DNA of 52,966 nt, filler included, from Jimgerdemannia flammicorona (lineage: Eukaryota), in the NCBI GenBank assembly GCA_003990765.1. It is 2 parts of 2 records of this genome, joined end to end, with 100 filler letters (N's around TTAATTAATTAA, not from the genome) between each part and the next. Parts side by side here need not be neighbours in the genome. Positions count along the whole stretch, not along the records: positions 1 to 26,441 come from RBNJ01000728.1; 1 more part is not named here. One strand, 5' to 3'. Below the pieces are notes generated by a model. It made no database searches and was not told the DNA's origin. It was given only the letters and a program-made list of their open reading frames with translations. This document shows, piece by piece, positions 1 to 11,999 of this stretch; position 1 is the stretch's first letter; each line of letters starts with the position of its first letter. The translations under genes were made by a program, and so were the position numbers.

Positions 1-151
1 AAAAAAAAAAAAAGGATTGAACTACTCAAAAAATCTTTAAATTTGTAGACTGGTGGTCCAAATGGCCGAAATCTGAGTAAACAGAAACGTGAAATGACTT
101 TAAACAGGACTAGCTACAGTACACGACATATTTCTTTTTTGGGCAACATGT

Positions 152-634
152 TCAATCAAAGGTATTTAGATTGTCCGTTGTTAAGAAATATTGTACCTTC
201 TGAGCCAACTCATAGTCATCGGATTTGACGCTCACCCTGTAGGTACAACTGTTATTTGAATAGCCGGTGCCACCGTCATCGAAACTTGTCTCAACATGCA
301 GGTATCCGGGCACTATCTCTGACGTAATGGCGTGCGAGATTTTCATTCCGTAGAGTAATTTTTCGTACGGGACCTCAAACGAAAAGCGCAACCTGCCCAG
401 GATCTTGTTCCATGTGCGGTGGACCACCTCATAATCAAAGTGACCGCAGACACCCGACAGGCTATCTTGTCGTCCCTGGACGCCCACTCGGAGGTGCCCG
501 TTGGGCGGGATGTAGCAAAGGTTGAAACTCTGGTCGGACATGTGGCCCCAAGTGAATGACTTGTCGACCGGCCTCAGCTCGAAGCTGTTTGTCTGGTTAA
601 AAATGGCGATTTCGAGAGACACGCGGTTGCCCAT
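152..634 (-). CDS. Aegerolysin/actinoporin-like small beta-sandwich protein (putative pore-forming/lipid-binding), 160 aa, intact
   Basis: Uninterrupted ORF. Pattern I-x-N-x-T...L....SFTWGH...IPP...GRQDSLSGVCGHFDY...LRFSFEVPY resembles aegerolysin (WGK...GR.D..SGTEG.FD) and actinoporin (G..G...Y...F.VPY) signatures. Confidence 0.55.
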   Translation of the reverse strand: MGNRVSLEIAIFNQTNSFELRPVDKSFTWGHMSDQSFNLCYIPPNGHLRVGVQGRQDSLSGVCGHFDYEVVHRTWNKILGRLRFSFEVPYEKLLYGMKISHAITSEIVPGYLHVETSFDDGGTGYSNNSCTYRVSVKSDDYELAQKVQYFLTTDNLNTFD

Positions 635-889
635 ATGGTGTTTGTTGGTCGTGGATACCTAAGCTGTGTTGCGGCGGCATAGAGAGATTATGAAGCTGCT
701 TACTGACGTAGAAAACGCAGGATGAAACGTTGAAGTATGGTGTATACTCTTACGTTCGTTAGAGGTAGGCGATTAAGGGATACAAGGGATACACTGATGT
801 TGTCAGCCAATTTGACTCATTAGGTGAATGACGCAATGTAAAGCTAATTCTTGTCTTTGATTTGACTGTCAAAAATGCAATATCAGGTT

Positions 890-1530
890 ATTGTCGAAAA
901 GAGATGGTGAATACAAGATTCACGTCGCTGTTAGAGAAAGTGTGAGACAGTGTATTTCTGTGATGAAACTGCGACTTTGTTTGCCATACTTAGCGTATAT
1001 GATGACACATTTGTAATTGGCATTGCCAGGCCATCTAAGCATGGTGAGTAATACAAATGAAATGGCATTTGGTTCTGCTCTGTGCACATTTTTTCAACTA
1101 TCTTCCAATTTTTCACCTCAGGAATTTCCATGGTATTCGAGTGGCAACTCCGAAGTATCCGCAATGAAGCGAAGAGCAGGGCTTATGACGTACAATATTA
1201 CGACATTGTCGACATTCCTGGCACCAGCAGCCACAAACTCGAAAGGGATGGTGTACAGCAGAAAGTGTTTATTTGGTGGATTGGTTGTGTTCAGACGTAA
1301 AACATCCGAAATTCTCCACCCTAGCTTTCATGAGTTCTGTATGGAGCACATCATAGAAAAAAAAATCCCAGTTCATTCTGGGTTTGCATCATACCAATAC
1401 CGAGCCCACCGAACAGTCTACCACAAATGCCGAAAAGCATATACATAGTTCTGGTGAAGAAAGCCATGGAGACTTTGCGATCTGGTCTGGAGAAGACGCA
1501 CTTTATAATTAGGACAGAACCTCCTCCCGG
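890..1530 (+). pseudogene. Probable upstream exons (unrecognised N-terminal domain) of the NLR-like pseudogene
   Basis: Short coding-like blocks bounded by GTGAG donors and YAG acceptors (e.g. VYDDTFVIGIARPSKHG | GISMVFEWQLRSIRNEAKSRAYDVQYYDIVDIPG), on the same strand directly upstream of the NB-ARC region. Domain not recognised. Confidence 0.35.
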
Positions 1531-1689
1531 TGAGTTATAGTCTCTTCTCCTCCCTGAGCAACGATTGTTGGAAACAATGCAACTCACAATACCTGCTTAT
1601 TTAAATACACAAACTGATTGAATTTTAAGATGAGCGAAAATTTTTGTATAAATGTGAACAGGGGGGAACTAATAGGAATCGCGCATTGA

Positions 1690-3033
1690 CAAAGATGCTT
1701 TCCATTCACAAAACCAAAGTCGGCAATGAGAACCAACCAGCAACGGAAGTAGATTTTGGCAACGTTCACACATATGGAGAATTTGTTGGGCGTCAGCAAG
1801 AGCTCCAAAAATTGGAAGAACTACTGAGTGATAAGGAAATCCAATATATCACCATTCGCGGTTTCGGCGGAATGGGAAAAATGGCATTGGCAATTCAAGC
1901 GGTCAAGAACTTCAACTCTGGCAGAGTTCTGGTGATATCACTTGTTGGAAACCCAAGCTCCGATTCAGTATCGCCAGATTTTTCAACATTAACATCGAAA
2001 CGTCTCGAGATCCTAAGATTCGACAAAATTCAGTGATGATCAAGTTAGAAAGCAGAGGAGATATACTGTTTTATCTTGACAATATGGGAGATCTCAAATG
2101 CAACCGAACAAGGAGACCCAGCGACCAAAGGGGATGCAATATCTTTGATCAGATTTTTCAACAGAATATCGAAGAACATCAAAATTCTCGCAACATCAAG
2201 AATTGCACTCGGCTGGCCTAATGAATCATTTGTCAAGTTGAATGGCTTAGAACCACATGATGGCATGCAGGTCTTTCGGCAACAGGCCTCTCAACGTTTA
2301 ATTGACATATGCAATGACTATTAGTTGCCTTGCAGGTGGTCATCCATTGTTGATCCGTCTTCTTGGAGGTATCTTCAACAACTACATAGAGCCTGTTGAC
2401 CAATTCAGTGACCGGCTATGGAATGCAACAGATATTTTTGGGGATTGTTACAATTCGGTTGACACCTGCATCCAGTATAGCTTTGATTACCTATTTGATA
2501 GTCTTAAATCATTGCTTGGCCAGTTAAGACTATTTGAAGTTCTCTTCTCACAACGCTCGCGAAGAAGGCTTTGGGTAATAACGCTACATTGGTATCATCT
2601 GCAGAGAGCAATTTACACAAACTTTGGCCGCAGAGCTGGCTGAATGAACTCAAGTACGATTCAAGGTTCGGTGACTGGCGTCGCAGGTTTATCAAGATTT
2701 TGCATCCTACATCCTCGATTACGTGGCGATGCCGAAAATTCGGCTATCGACATGTGGTATGATTCGGAGATACAGTTCTATACCGCCCTATGTTATGGAA
2801 TAGGATTCAGCGTTGCAAATGATCTAGTGAAGATTGAGTGGTGCACTATAGCTGCGGTGAATGGACATTTAGAAGCGCAGCTAACCGTTGCTGTTTGTTA
2901 CGAAGGAGCGGGCGTTGCCATAGACAAGAAGGCGTTTGAATGGCACTTGAAAGCTGCCAAAGCTGGCGACAAAGGAGCACAAAAAAAGGTTACAAAGTGC
3001 TATGGAATGGCGATGGCGTTGAGAAGAACTTAG
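1690..3033 (+). pseudogene. NLR-like STAND (NB-ARC) ATPase with winged helix and Sel1-like repeats, frameshifted
   Basis: Motifs FVGRQQELQKL, P-loop ITIRGFGGMGK(M), Walker B DILFYLDN, ILATSR..LG..NE, GGHPL, CIQYSFDYL, then Sel1 AQLTVAVCYEG.GVAIDKKAFEWHLKAA. They are spread over at least 5 reading frames. Confidence 0.8.
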
Positions 3034-3129
3034 ACAGAGTGGATAATTGGTGCCAAATTCATAATTCAAACAAACCAAGTTTGATCTTTCTCTTCCTCCG
3101 TTACTGGGTGGTCATGTGACATTGTTCCG

Positions 3130-3485
3130 ATCAACCCAACGCCAACGTCGAAGTGAAGGATAGGCATGGTCGGACCTCACTACACCTAGCTGCAGAGAAA
3201 GGTCACATTGATGCGTTTGAGCTACTCGTATTCGAATTCAATGCAAACATCAATACAAAGGACAAGAAAGGTAACATGCTAGTGCACCGCGCCGCAGAAA
3301 TCGGGCATGTCGAGTTCATAGCTATCCTCACAGCCGTATTCGGGGTGGACGCCAATGCCAAGAACAACGAGGGATGGACTCCTCTGCACACGGCTGCGAA
3401 AGGAGGGTACATCAATGTCGTGAGGCTTCTAGAGGCTGAATTTGGGACGCCAAGAACAAAGACGGATTGATGCCATTACGCTATG
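3130..3485 (+). pseudogene. Ankyrin-repeat fragment (about 3-4 repeats), truncated by retroelement relic
   Basis: GRTSLHLAAEKGH, GNMLVHRAAEIGH, GWTPLHTAAKGGY; frameshifted next repeat (KDGLMPLRY) abuts the integrase relic. Confidence 0.8.
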
Positions 3486-3900
3486 TGGACATCACAATAG
3501 ATATAATTAGCCTTCTACCCCTGGTAACTGATATGTCATTATCACCATAGATCTCTTTATAAAATGTATGAGGCTGAATCCCTCAAAGAAACCAATGCTC
3601 AAGTAATTGCTGATTTTTTGCACAAGGAAATCATCTGTCAATTCAAGACCCTAAAGCAAATAATGATAGATAGAGAAACAGAATTGTAAACCAGCTCTTT
3701 GAGGTTCTTTATAAGAAGTATAAGATCCAGCATATCTGAACCACAACATATTATCCTCAAGGAAACAGATAAGCAGAACAGATTAATAGAACTCTCAAGA
3801 ATATTATCACTAAGATCTATAATAATTATAAAAACTATAAAAACTGAGATCATAATTTGTTAGTAATATTATTAGCTCTCTAAGATATATAATTAAAAAG
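3486..3900 (+). mobile_element. Degenerate Ty3/gypsy integrase core fragment
   Basis: Translation through stops/frameshifts: IDII.LLP..YVIITIDLF..EAESLKETNAQVIADFLHKEIICQF..QIMIDRETE..KIQHI*TTTYYPQGN..E.INRTLK. Confidence 0.7.
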
Positions 3901-4633
3901 CACTCATTTTATATCTTGAGAATTACTGTTCAGAGAAAAAAGTTCTGAAGAAAGCTTATTATATATCTAATAAAGATATAATGATTATATCAAATAAAGA
4001 AGACTAAAGATTATATAATTAAGAAATAGACTCTATAATAGAATAATATAAAAAAGATTTATAAGCTTCTAGAGATTATTAAGATAAGAGATCAAGTTTA
4101 GTATATTAAAATATAATAGAAGTTTTATAGTTATAAAAACTAGAGCCTAAATAGAAAGAATCTTATTTTATTTAAAATATAAAAAGAATTATTTTTTATT
4201 ATAAAAATTCTCAAATATATATAATTATCTCTATTACTATATATTAAAACTGACTTAAGAAATATATATTATAGCAAATAACTCATATATTATTATTACT
4301 CTTAAGATCATAAGTATTACTCAATAAGCTATTAAAAAATAATAATATATATATATGTACTATAAGATAGATATTCTATAAGTGCACAACCTCTAAGCCA
4401 TCAAAATCACATATCACCCTCTGAATAAGCCACTGAAATCACATACAACCTCTGAACAAATCTGGAAATCACCTGCTTGATCATAAAGCTGAGTCAACAC
4501 GAAGTCACGGAACACAAGATTCACACAAACAGAATCTTACCAATTAGGACCAAATGCATATATACCGAGTATCAAAACATATCAAATCAGAGAACTAAAA
4601 CAAATAACAATCATAACTTCCAAACACACAAAT

Positions 4634-5731
4634 ATGACCACTAAGATCTACACTCATATCTATACTGACATTTAGAATACCATTATCAACAGAGCCACTT
4701 CCCCTCTACCCCTCATGAATATCTATAGCCTGGCACTCCTCTATTTTGTGGAAGCCTGATGGAACATCCTAAATATACTCAACGAGGTCCACCAAATTGG
4801 ACAAATCTCAAGCTACTACTAGATCAGTCACCTCCTAGAAGACATGGTTGAACACCACTATGATACAGATATTACCCAGATGTCTCAATATCAGAAACTT
4901 ATTGTCTGCAAATACTGAGAACTCTTCTACAAGTATAGCACTGTTATTTTCTGTCTCTGAGTTACTATAGCTGAAATGGTTGCTACCCTGTCCTATGGCC
5001 AAATCGACAATATGATACAAGAACTCAACTACAAGTATCTCAAGTACATCAAAACCACAGACAGAACCTTCCTACACCCCAATGATCATATCCTACAAAT
5101 GCCTCAAGTCAGATATACTATGAAGGATGTCTACAATATAATCCACTTCAATGAAGATGAAGCAGAAGACAATGATCTCTCTGATGCTGACATAACCTCA
5201 AGCCAAGGATCCCTGCCAACCCTGATCATACTGCCAACCTTACCGATGAACTTACAACAATTCATAACAGTATATGAGACTTATTGGGACAATGACCACT
5301 GGTACAAATACCAACCTGCGTTCACCCCCAATTACTTCAACTACAATAAAGAAACTAGAGAACACAACCTGTACCTCCAGACAACCCTCGAGATTGAACC
5401 AACCACTCTACCACCTGAGTATGAGTAACATGAACCACAGCTACCAGCTTACTACAATTCCATGACTCATAGTGCTGTAACCTACAGAAGGTATGCAGAC
5501 AGTGAATCTAATGAAAGCAAAGATGATGTACCTCTCCTCCACCCACCAATATCTTATCCAGCATACAAGACAGATGATGCTATTCTGTAGGATAGTGATG
5601 AAGTTCCAATGTATTATTACCTCAGTGAACAAGGAGAAGTAATCCATGAACTACTTTTCCTAGACAACTACTTCATCAGAGATGATGTCATCGATGGTGA
5701 TATCATCGAAGACTACCCAGACAGTGTTTAA
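4634..5731 (+). pseudogene. LTR-A U3-embedded ORF (365 codons plus stop; internal stops, no frameshift)
   Basis: ATG 4634 to TAA 5731 = 1098 nt. Internal stops are transition-derivable and mostly sense codons in sister copies (9021-10118 minus, also 1098 nt; 17280-18364 minus, 13-bp deletion). Confidence 0.7.
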
Positions 5732-5920
5732 ACCTAGAAATAGCTTAGTAGTCATAGTATAGTTAGATTAGTCTTGTACAACGTAACTGTGAACTGACTC
5801 AGCAGTCAGATGATCTCTTGATATGTCAGATCACTCTTGTACTACATGACTGCATTCCAACTCAGCAAGGTACTTAGTGCTACATCCATATCTAGCATAG
5901 TCCAGATAGCCCCTCACTAG

Positions 5921-6049
5921 TATATATACCCCCTCCTCCAGACCTCAGAATCTCAGACTTAAACATACAAGAACACTTCTGAACACTTCCCCACAATATT
6001 CCTTTATATAACTACTCCTAGTATAGCAATATCATGAATAGTGAATAAA
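5921..6049 (+). promoter_or_regulatory. LTR TATA box (5921-5928) and AATAAA polyA signal (6044-6049)
   Basis: CTAGTATA(T/A)ATACCCCC and GAATAAACC conserved in all five family-1 LTR copies, downstream of the U3 ORF stop. Confidence 0.6.
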
Positions 6050-6414
6050 CCTATTTAATGACTCACAAACCACTCTTAAGTAAATCTGCTCCCCGTTAGG
6101 TCCCACTCCTAACCCCATTATGAAATTTTCTAATTGGGTATTGTCTGCAGCGATACACTGATTCAACTAAGCTGGTCTTAGTTTCTTGAACTTCTTAAAA
6201 TATAGAAAATTCTGAACATCCAAAACTAGTCTGAAAAAGGACTTTGGTTGAGACATCCACCTGATCTTGAAATCAATAAGTGTAGAGGATGTACTCTATA
6301 TGAAATTAATCTTGATCATAAGAAAAAAGTCTTCCAGAATATCTAGAACTTCCAGAAAACTCTTTCAGAACTACATAATGATTACCCTAAAAAGCAACTC
6401 TCTTACATATTCCA

Positions 6415-7907
6415 TGTAAGTGCACAACCTCCAAGCCACCAAAATTGTATAACATCCTCAGAACTAATTTGAAAACCATATGTGAGACTACAAAACAAGT
6501 TACTGAAGAGATTATCTAGTTATATGAAATATGCCAGTAAGCATGAGAACCCACCACCAAGATATAAGAATACTAGAAGAAGTATTATAACCACAAGACT
6601 GACTCTGAACCACTATAACTAGTTTGGTATACTGTACTATTACAAAAAGAAACCAAAAGTACCAAACTCAAATCGAGACAAGAAGAACCCTATCTCATCT
6701 ACCAAAAGGTTTATGAATTGCACTTATCAACTCAAGACCAAGATATACTGTGGCTATATAAGATCTCATTACTTAGCAGAAGTAAAACACATTTGAACAA
6801 CTCTGTTCACTCTATCTATATCACCTCCGTTGAAGAGTGACAGATGCTTCATCTGAACTCAAGAAAGCCGACATCATCGAAACCAATCTCAAGCCATCTA
6901 TGTGACAGATATTACTACTAGAAATTGCCTTGAATTACAGAAAATATCATTTCTGAGAGGTTCAAACCCCCAGCCACAACATTGGGAGCCCTTACCCTAG
7001 ATAAGAATGGGCAGTCCTCACAAATGCACCAGCAGACCAAAAAAAAAGAGAACCAAGACCTGTTATCCTTATATAACTACTACTACTAAGGATAGCCTTA
7101 ATCTTGTAAGAGATAGAAGTAACAATACCTTGAAACTGATGATATCAGAAGTCAGAAAACTGCTCAGACTTTGTCAGCAATAATATCATCAATAGTGATG
7201 TCATCAAAGACTACCCAGACAATATCTAAACCTATAAATAGTTTAGCAGTTATAGTATAGTTAGATTAGCCTTGTATGACATGACTGTGAACTGACTCAG
7301 CAGTCAGATGATTTCTTAATATATCAGATTACTCTTATACTACGTAACTACATTCTGACTCAATAAGATACTTAGTGCTACATCTATATTTAGCATAGTC
7401 CAGATAGTCCCTCACTAGTATAAATACCCCCTCCCCCAGATCTCAGAATCTCAGACCTGAACAATCTGAATACAACTCCTGAGTACTTCTCTACAATATC
7501 CCTTGATACAACTACTCCTAGTATAGCAATATCATGAATAGCGAATAAACCTATTTAATAACCCACAAACTACTCTTAAGTAAATCTGTTTCCCATTAGG
7601 TCCTATTCCTAACCCCATTACGAAATTTCCTAATTGGGTATTGTCTGCAGTGATATACCAATTCAACTAAGCTGGTCTTAGTTTCTTAAACTTCCTGAAA
7701 TATAGAAAATCCTGAACATCCAGAACTAGTCCGAAAAAGGACTTTGGTTGAGATGTCAACCCAATCTTGAAATCAATAAGCATAGAGGATGTACTCCATA
7801 TGAAATTGATCTTGACCATAAGAAAACAGTCTTCCAGGATATCCAGAACTTCTCAAAAACCCTTCCAGAACTATGTAATAGTTACCCTAAAAAGCAACCT
7901 TCTTATA
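6415..7907 (+). repeat. 5' LTR subtype B
   Basis: TGTAAG...CTTATA; same length as and collinear with 21620-23112. Confidence 0.9.
6531..7229 (+). pseudogene. LTR-B U3-embedded ORF (232 codons plus stop; second copy 21736-22434)
   Basis: ATG 6531 to TAA 7229 = 699 nt, in frame with the shared C-terminal D.I.DYPD. tail. Stops are TAA/TGA/TAG at positions readable as Q/R/W; some are sense in the other copy. Confidence 0.5.
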
Positions 7908-7909
7908 AC

Positions 7910-7922
7910 TTGATAGCAGTGG
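7910..7922 (+). promoter_or_regulatory. Putative primer-binding site (eroded TGGTAGC.., tRNA-iMet-like)
   Basis: TTGATAGCAGTGG just after the 5' LTR. A different element (27332-27345, minus) has TTAGTAGCAGTAG; the two together suggest ancestral TTGGTAGCAG. Confidence 0.4.
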
Positions 7923-8343
7923 TTTACAATTCAATTCCGCTTCAAGATGCTTCCTCACTCAGCTATAAAACCCCTCTATGAATTTCTACAAGTTGGTATC
8001 AAGTCCAATCTCTGAACTGGAATTTATTCTAAACCATCTGACAATCTGGAGAGAATTGAACCTAACATACAAGGACAATTTGACCTCCACACCTGCAACA
8101 AGTGGGACAAACTTCATTCAAAGAAAGAAGTACTCTAGTTAAACTAGCAAATAGATGAAACCCTATTCACCGAACTCCTTGTACTACACCCAGTAAGTCA
8201 AGACAAAAAAGGTCTTATAGAAGCCTTCTTTACTCTTCTCAATAAGAGTTTTGTCAGCTCTACAAATCTGAGCAACCTAGGACAACCAGCAGTAGTTTTT
8301 CTAGCCTTAGTCCTTCACAAAGCCCAAGCCTCTGTAGCTAAGT

Positions 8344-10410
8344 TGTAAGAGGGTTGCTTTTTAGGGTAACTATTACATAGTTCTAGAAGGGTTTTCTAGA
8401 AGTTCTGAATATTCTGGAAGACTGTTTTCTTATGGTCAAGATCAATTTCATATAGAGTACATCCTCTATGCTTATTGATTTCAAGATTGGGTTGACATCT
8501 CAACCAAAGTCCTTTTTCAGATGAGTTCTGGATGTTCAGGATTTTCCATATTTCAGGAAGTTCAAGAAACTAAGACCAGCTTAGTTGAATTGGCATATTG
8601 CTGCAGACAATACCCAATTAGGAAATTTTATGATGGGGTTAGGAGTGGGACCTGACAGAGAGTGGATTTACTTAAGAGTGGTTTGTGGGTTATTAAATAG
8701 GTTTATTCGCTATTTATGATATTGCTATACTAGGAGTGGTTGTATAAAGAGATATTGTGGGGAAGTATTCAGAAATGTTCTTGTGTGTTCGAGTCTGAGA
8801 TTCTGAGGTCTGGGGGAGGGGGTATTTATACTAGTGAGGGGCTATCTGGACTATGCTAGATATGGATGTAGCACTAAGTATTTTGCTGAGTCAGAATGCA
8901 GTCACATAGTATAAGTGTAATCTGATATATCAAGAGATCGTCTGACTGCTGAGTCAGTTCACAGTCATGTTGTACAAGGCTAATCTAACTATACTATGAC
9001 TGCTTAGGCTATTTATAGGTTTAGGCACTATCTGGGTAGTCCTCGATGATATTACCATCAATTGCATCATCTCTGATGAAGTAGTCATCTAGGAAGAGTG
9101 GTTCGCAGATTACCTCTCCTTGTTTGCTGAGGTAATAATATATTGGAACTTCATCTCCATCTCACAAGATGGCATCATCAGTGTCATATACTGGATAAGG
9201 TATTGGTGGGCGAAGGAGGGGTGCATCATCTTCATTTTCATCAGATTTGCTATCTACATACCTTCTGTAGGTTATAGCACTATGAGTCGCAGGGTTGTAG
9301 TAAGCTGGTGGTTATGGTTCATGTTGCTCATACTTGGGTAGTGGAGTGGTTGGTTCAATCTCGAGAGTTGTCTGAAGGTACAGGTTGTGTTCTCCGGTCT
9401 CTTTATTGTAGTTGAAGTAATTGGAGGTAAATGCAGATTGGTATTCGTACCAGTGGTCATTGTCCCAATAAGTCTCATATGCTGTTATGAGTTGTTGTAA
9501 GTTCATTGGCAAGGTTGGCAATGTGATCAGAGTTGGCAGAGATCCTTGGCTAAAGGTCATGTCAGCATCAGAGGGATCATTGTCTTCTGCTTTGTCTTCA
9601 TCAAAGTGGATTATATTGTAGATGTTCTTTATGGTGTATCCAACTTGGAGCATTTGCAGGATATGATCATTGAGATGTAGGAAGGTTCTGTCTGTGGTTT
9701 TGACATACTTGAGGTACTTGTAATTGAGTTCTTATATCATGTCATCGATTTGGCCATAGGACAGAGTAGCAACCATTTCAGCTATAGTAACTTGGAGGTG
9801 GGAAATAACAGTGCTATACTTATAGAAGAGTTCTCGATATTTGCAGGCAATGAGCTTCTGGTGTTGAGACATCTGGGTAATGTCTGTATTATGGTGGTGT
9901 TTAATCATGTCTTCCAGGAGGTAGCCGATCTGGTAGTAGCTTGAGATTTGTCCAATTTGGTGGGCCTCGCTAAGCATGTTCAGAGTATTCCATCAGGCTT
10001 CTATGAAGTAGAGGGGTGCTAGGCTATAGATATTCATGAGGGGCAGAGGGGGTGTGGCTCGGTTGACAATGGTATTCCAAATGTCAGCGCAGATATAGGT
10101 ATAGATCTCAGTGGTCATGTTTGTGTGTTTGGAAGTTATAGTTGTTATTTGTTTTAGTTCTCTGATTCGACGCATCTTAGTGCTTAGTATATATATATAC
10201 ATTTAATCCTAATTGATAAGATTCCGTTTGTGTAAATCTTGTATTCTGTGACTTTGTAGTGACTCAGCTTTATGCACTGTGACTTCGGTTTGACTCAGCT
10301 TCATGATCAAGCAGATGATTTCCAGATTTGTTCAGAGGTCACATGTGATTTCAGTGACTTGTTCAGAGGGTGATGTGTAATTTCGGTAGCTTGGAGGTTG
10401 TACACTTACA
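8344..10410 (-). repeat. 3' LTR subtype A (2067 bp)
   Basis: Reverse complement of 4377-6407 type; intact TG...CA termini; purine tract adjacent. Confidence 0.9.
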
Positions 10411-10539
10411 ACTCTCCTCTTCTTAGCTTTTAATGTTCTCATTGGGGCCTTCTAATTTTTTTCTAGTGTTGTTACACTGTTTGAGAGGATAATATATAGT
10501 ATGTACAGATAGGTGCGGAGTATTTGGTTCTAGTTGTTC

Positions 10540-11830
10540 AAGAAATCATATTCCTGAACTAGGTCAGTAGCATTCTAGAGATTGGTCTTGAGTTCCCAGG
10601 TTGTATTGTAGATTAGGTAACCTTTTCATTTGACAAGATACTCAGAGTGGCTCTTGTTGCCATGTTTATTGAGGATTTGTTCAACTTTGTACTCTTCTTG
10701 GTCATTAATAATGATAGGTACAGGTGGTTTGGTGGTCTGGTTTGGAAATAGCTCGTCATCATTCTCATTATATCACTTGAGACATTGAACATTAAAGACT
10801 GGGTAAATCTTAATAGTGTCTGATAGCACCAATTTGTAGGAGGTTGGAGAGACTTATGCAATGACTTCAAATGGTCCAATGAACTTGCTGTTCAGCTTTG
10901 TAGATGGTCTGTGCTTAAGGTTATCAACTCGGTATCCTCTGATGTCTAGTAGAACTTTTTCTCCAATATCAAAGGTTTCTTCTCAGCAGTGTTGGTTAAC
11001 ATACTGTGACTGTTGTTCTTGAGCTCATAATAAATTCTCAATGGCAATCTGGCTTAGATTGTGCATTCGGAGTAAGAATTCTTCAATAGCTTCAACTGTA
11101 GAGAGTTCTTCAGTGGTTCGGATAAGTGTCAAAGGGGTGTTTGGATTTTATCCAGTGTTGGCGAAGAATGGGGTCATTCCAAGAGAGGTTTGCTTGCTAT
11201 TGTTATAGGCAAACTCGACTGTAGTGAGGTATTCATGCCAGTCATCTTATCTATAGGAAACATAGTTCCTTAGCATTTGTGCTAGAGTTCGGTTCATTCT
11301 TTCGGTTTAGCCATTAGTTTCTGGATGAAAGGCTGTAGATAGGGCAAGTTTTGTTCCAAGGTATGCATAGAGGGCTTTCCAAAAATGGCTGGTGAATTTT
11401 GGGTCTCAGTTGCTAATAATGATCCTAGGAAGACCATGATAGTGGAAGATGTTGTCAAATAATAGTATGGCTATGTCTGGTGCTGTTGCAGTAGTAGTAG
11501 TTGGTACAAAGTGAGCTTATTTGCTGAGATAGTCCACAAAGACAACAATTGCATCTTTTTCATTCTTGGTTCGGGGTAGTTGTACAATAAAGTCCATAGA
11601 GATTTGTTCTCAATTCACAGATGGTACTGGGATAGGGTGAAGTAAGCTAGGTTTTGCTAGTGTTGAGGACTTGTTTCATTGGCAGGCATCGCAGGAAGTG
11701 ATGTAGGTTTTGAGCTAATCTGCCATATGGGGGCAATAGAAGTTTCGGAAGATAACTTCATAACATTTATCAAATCCTAAATGTCCAGCTGTAGGGGCAT
11801 TATGATATTTGAATAGGATAGTCCTTCAGA
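10540..11830 (-). pseudogene. Integrase (HHCC, DDE) and C-terminal chromodomain
   Basis: [40 protein letters not shown]; chromodomain EEYKVEQIL..EYLVK*KGY..TWE. Confidence 0.85.
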
Positions 11831-11999
11831 GGTCTCAGTTGTTTGAGACATATAGTCTGTTTTTGTAGTAGATTCAGTTGGTATTAATGATACTATGTAT
11901 GCTTGTCAGCATTGTCACTATTCAGGATTTCTCGCAGTGCTTGAGCTTCCTTATCATCGGCATATACTGTAATAATTTGTTCCATGATGGAGTTTGTAA

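Larger units (their letters stand above)
4377..6407 (+). mobile_element. Solo LTR, long subtype A (2031 bp), family 1
   Basis: TATAAG (from TGTAAG)...CTTACA termini; 5-bp TSD TATTC at 4372-4376 and 6408-6412; homologous to 8344-10410 and 16603-18652. Confidence 0.9.

Noticed and set aside
4634..5731. LTR ORF or family-2 ORF as an env gene
   Set aside because: No signal peptide, furin site or transmembrane segment visible.
7748..7981. Small ORFs at LTR 3' ends (7748-7981, 22953-23210)
   Set aside because: They cross LTR boundaries, use non-ATG starts and are not consistently open between copies.
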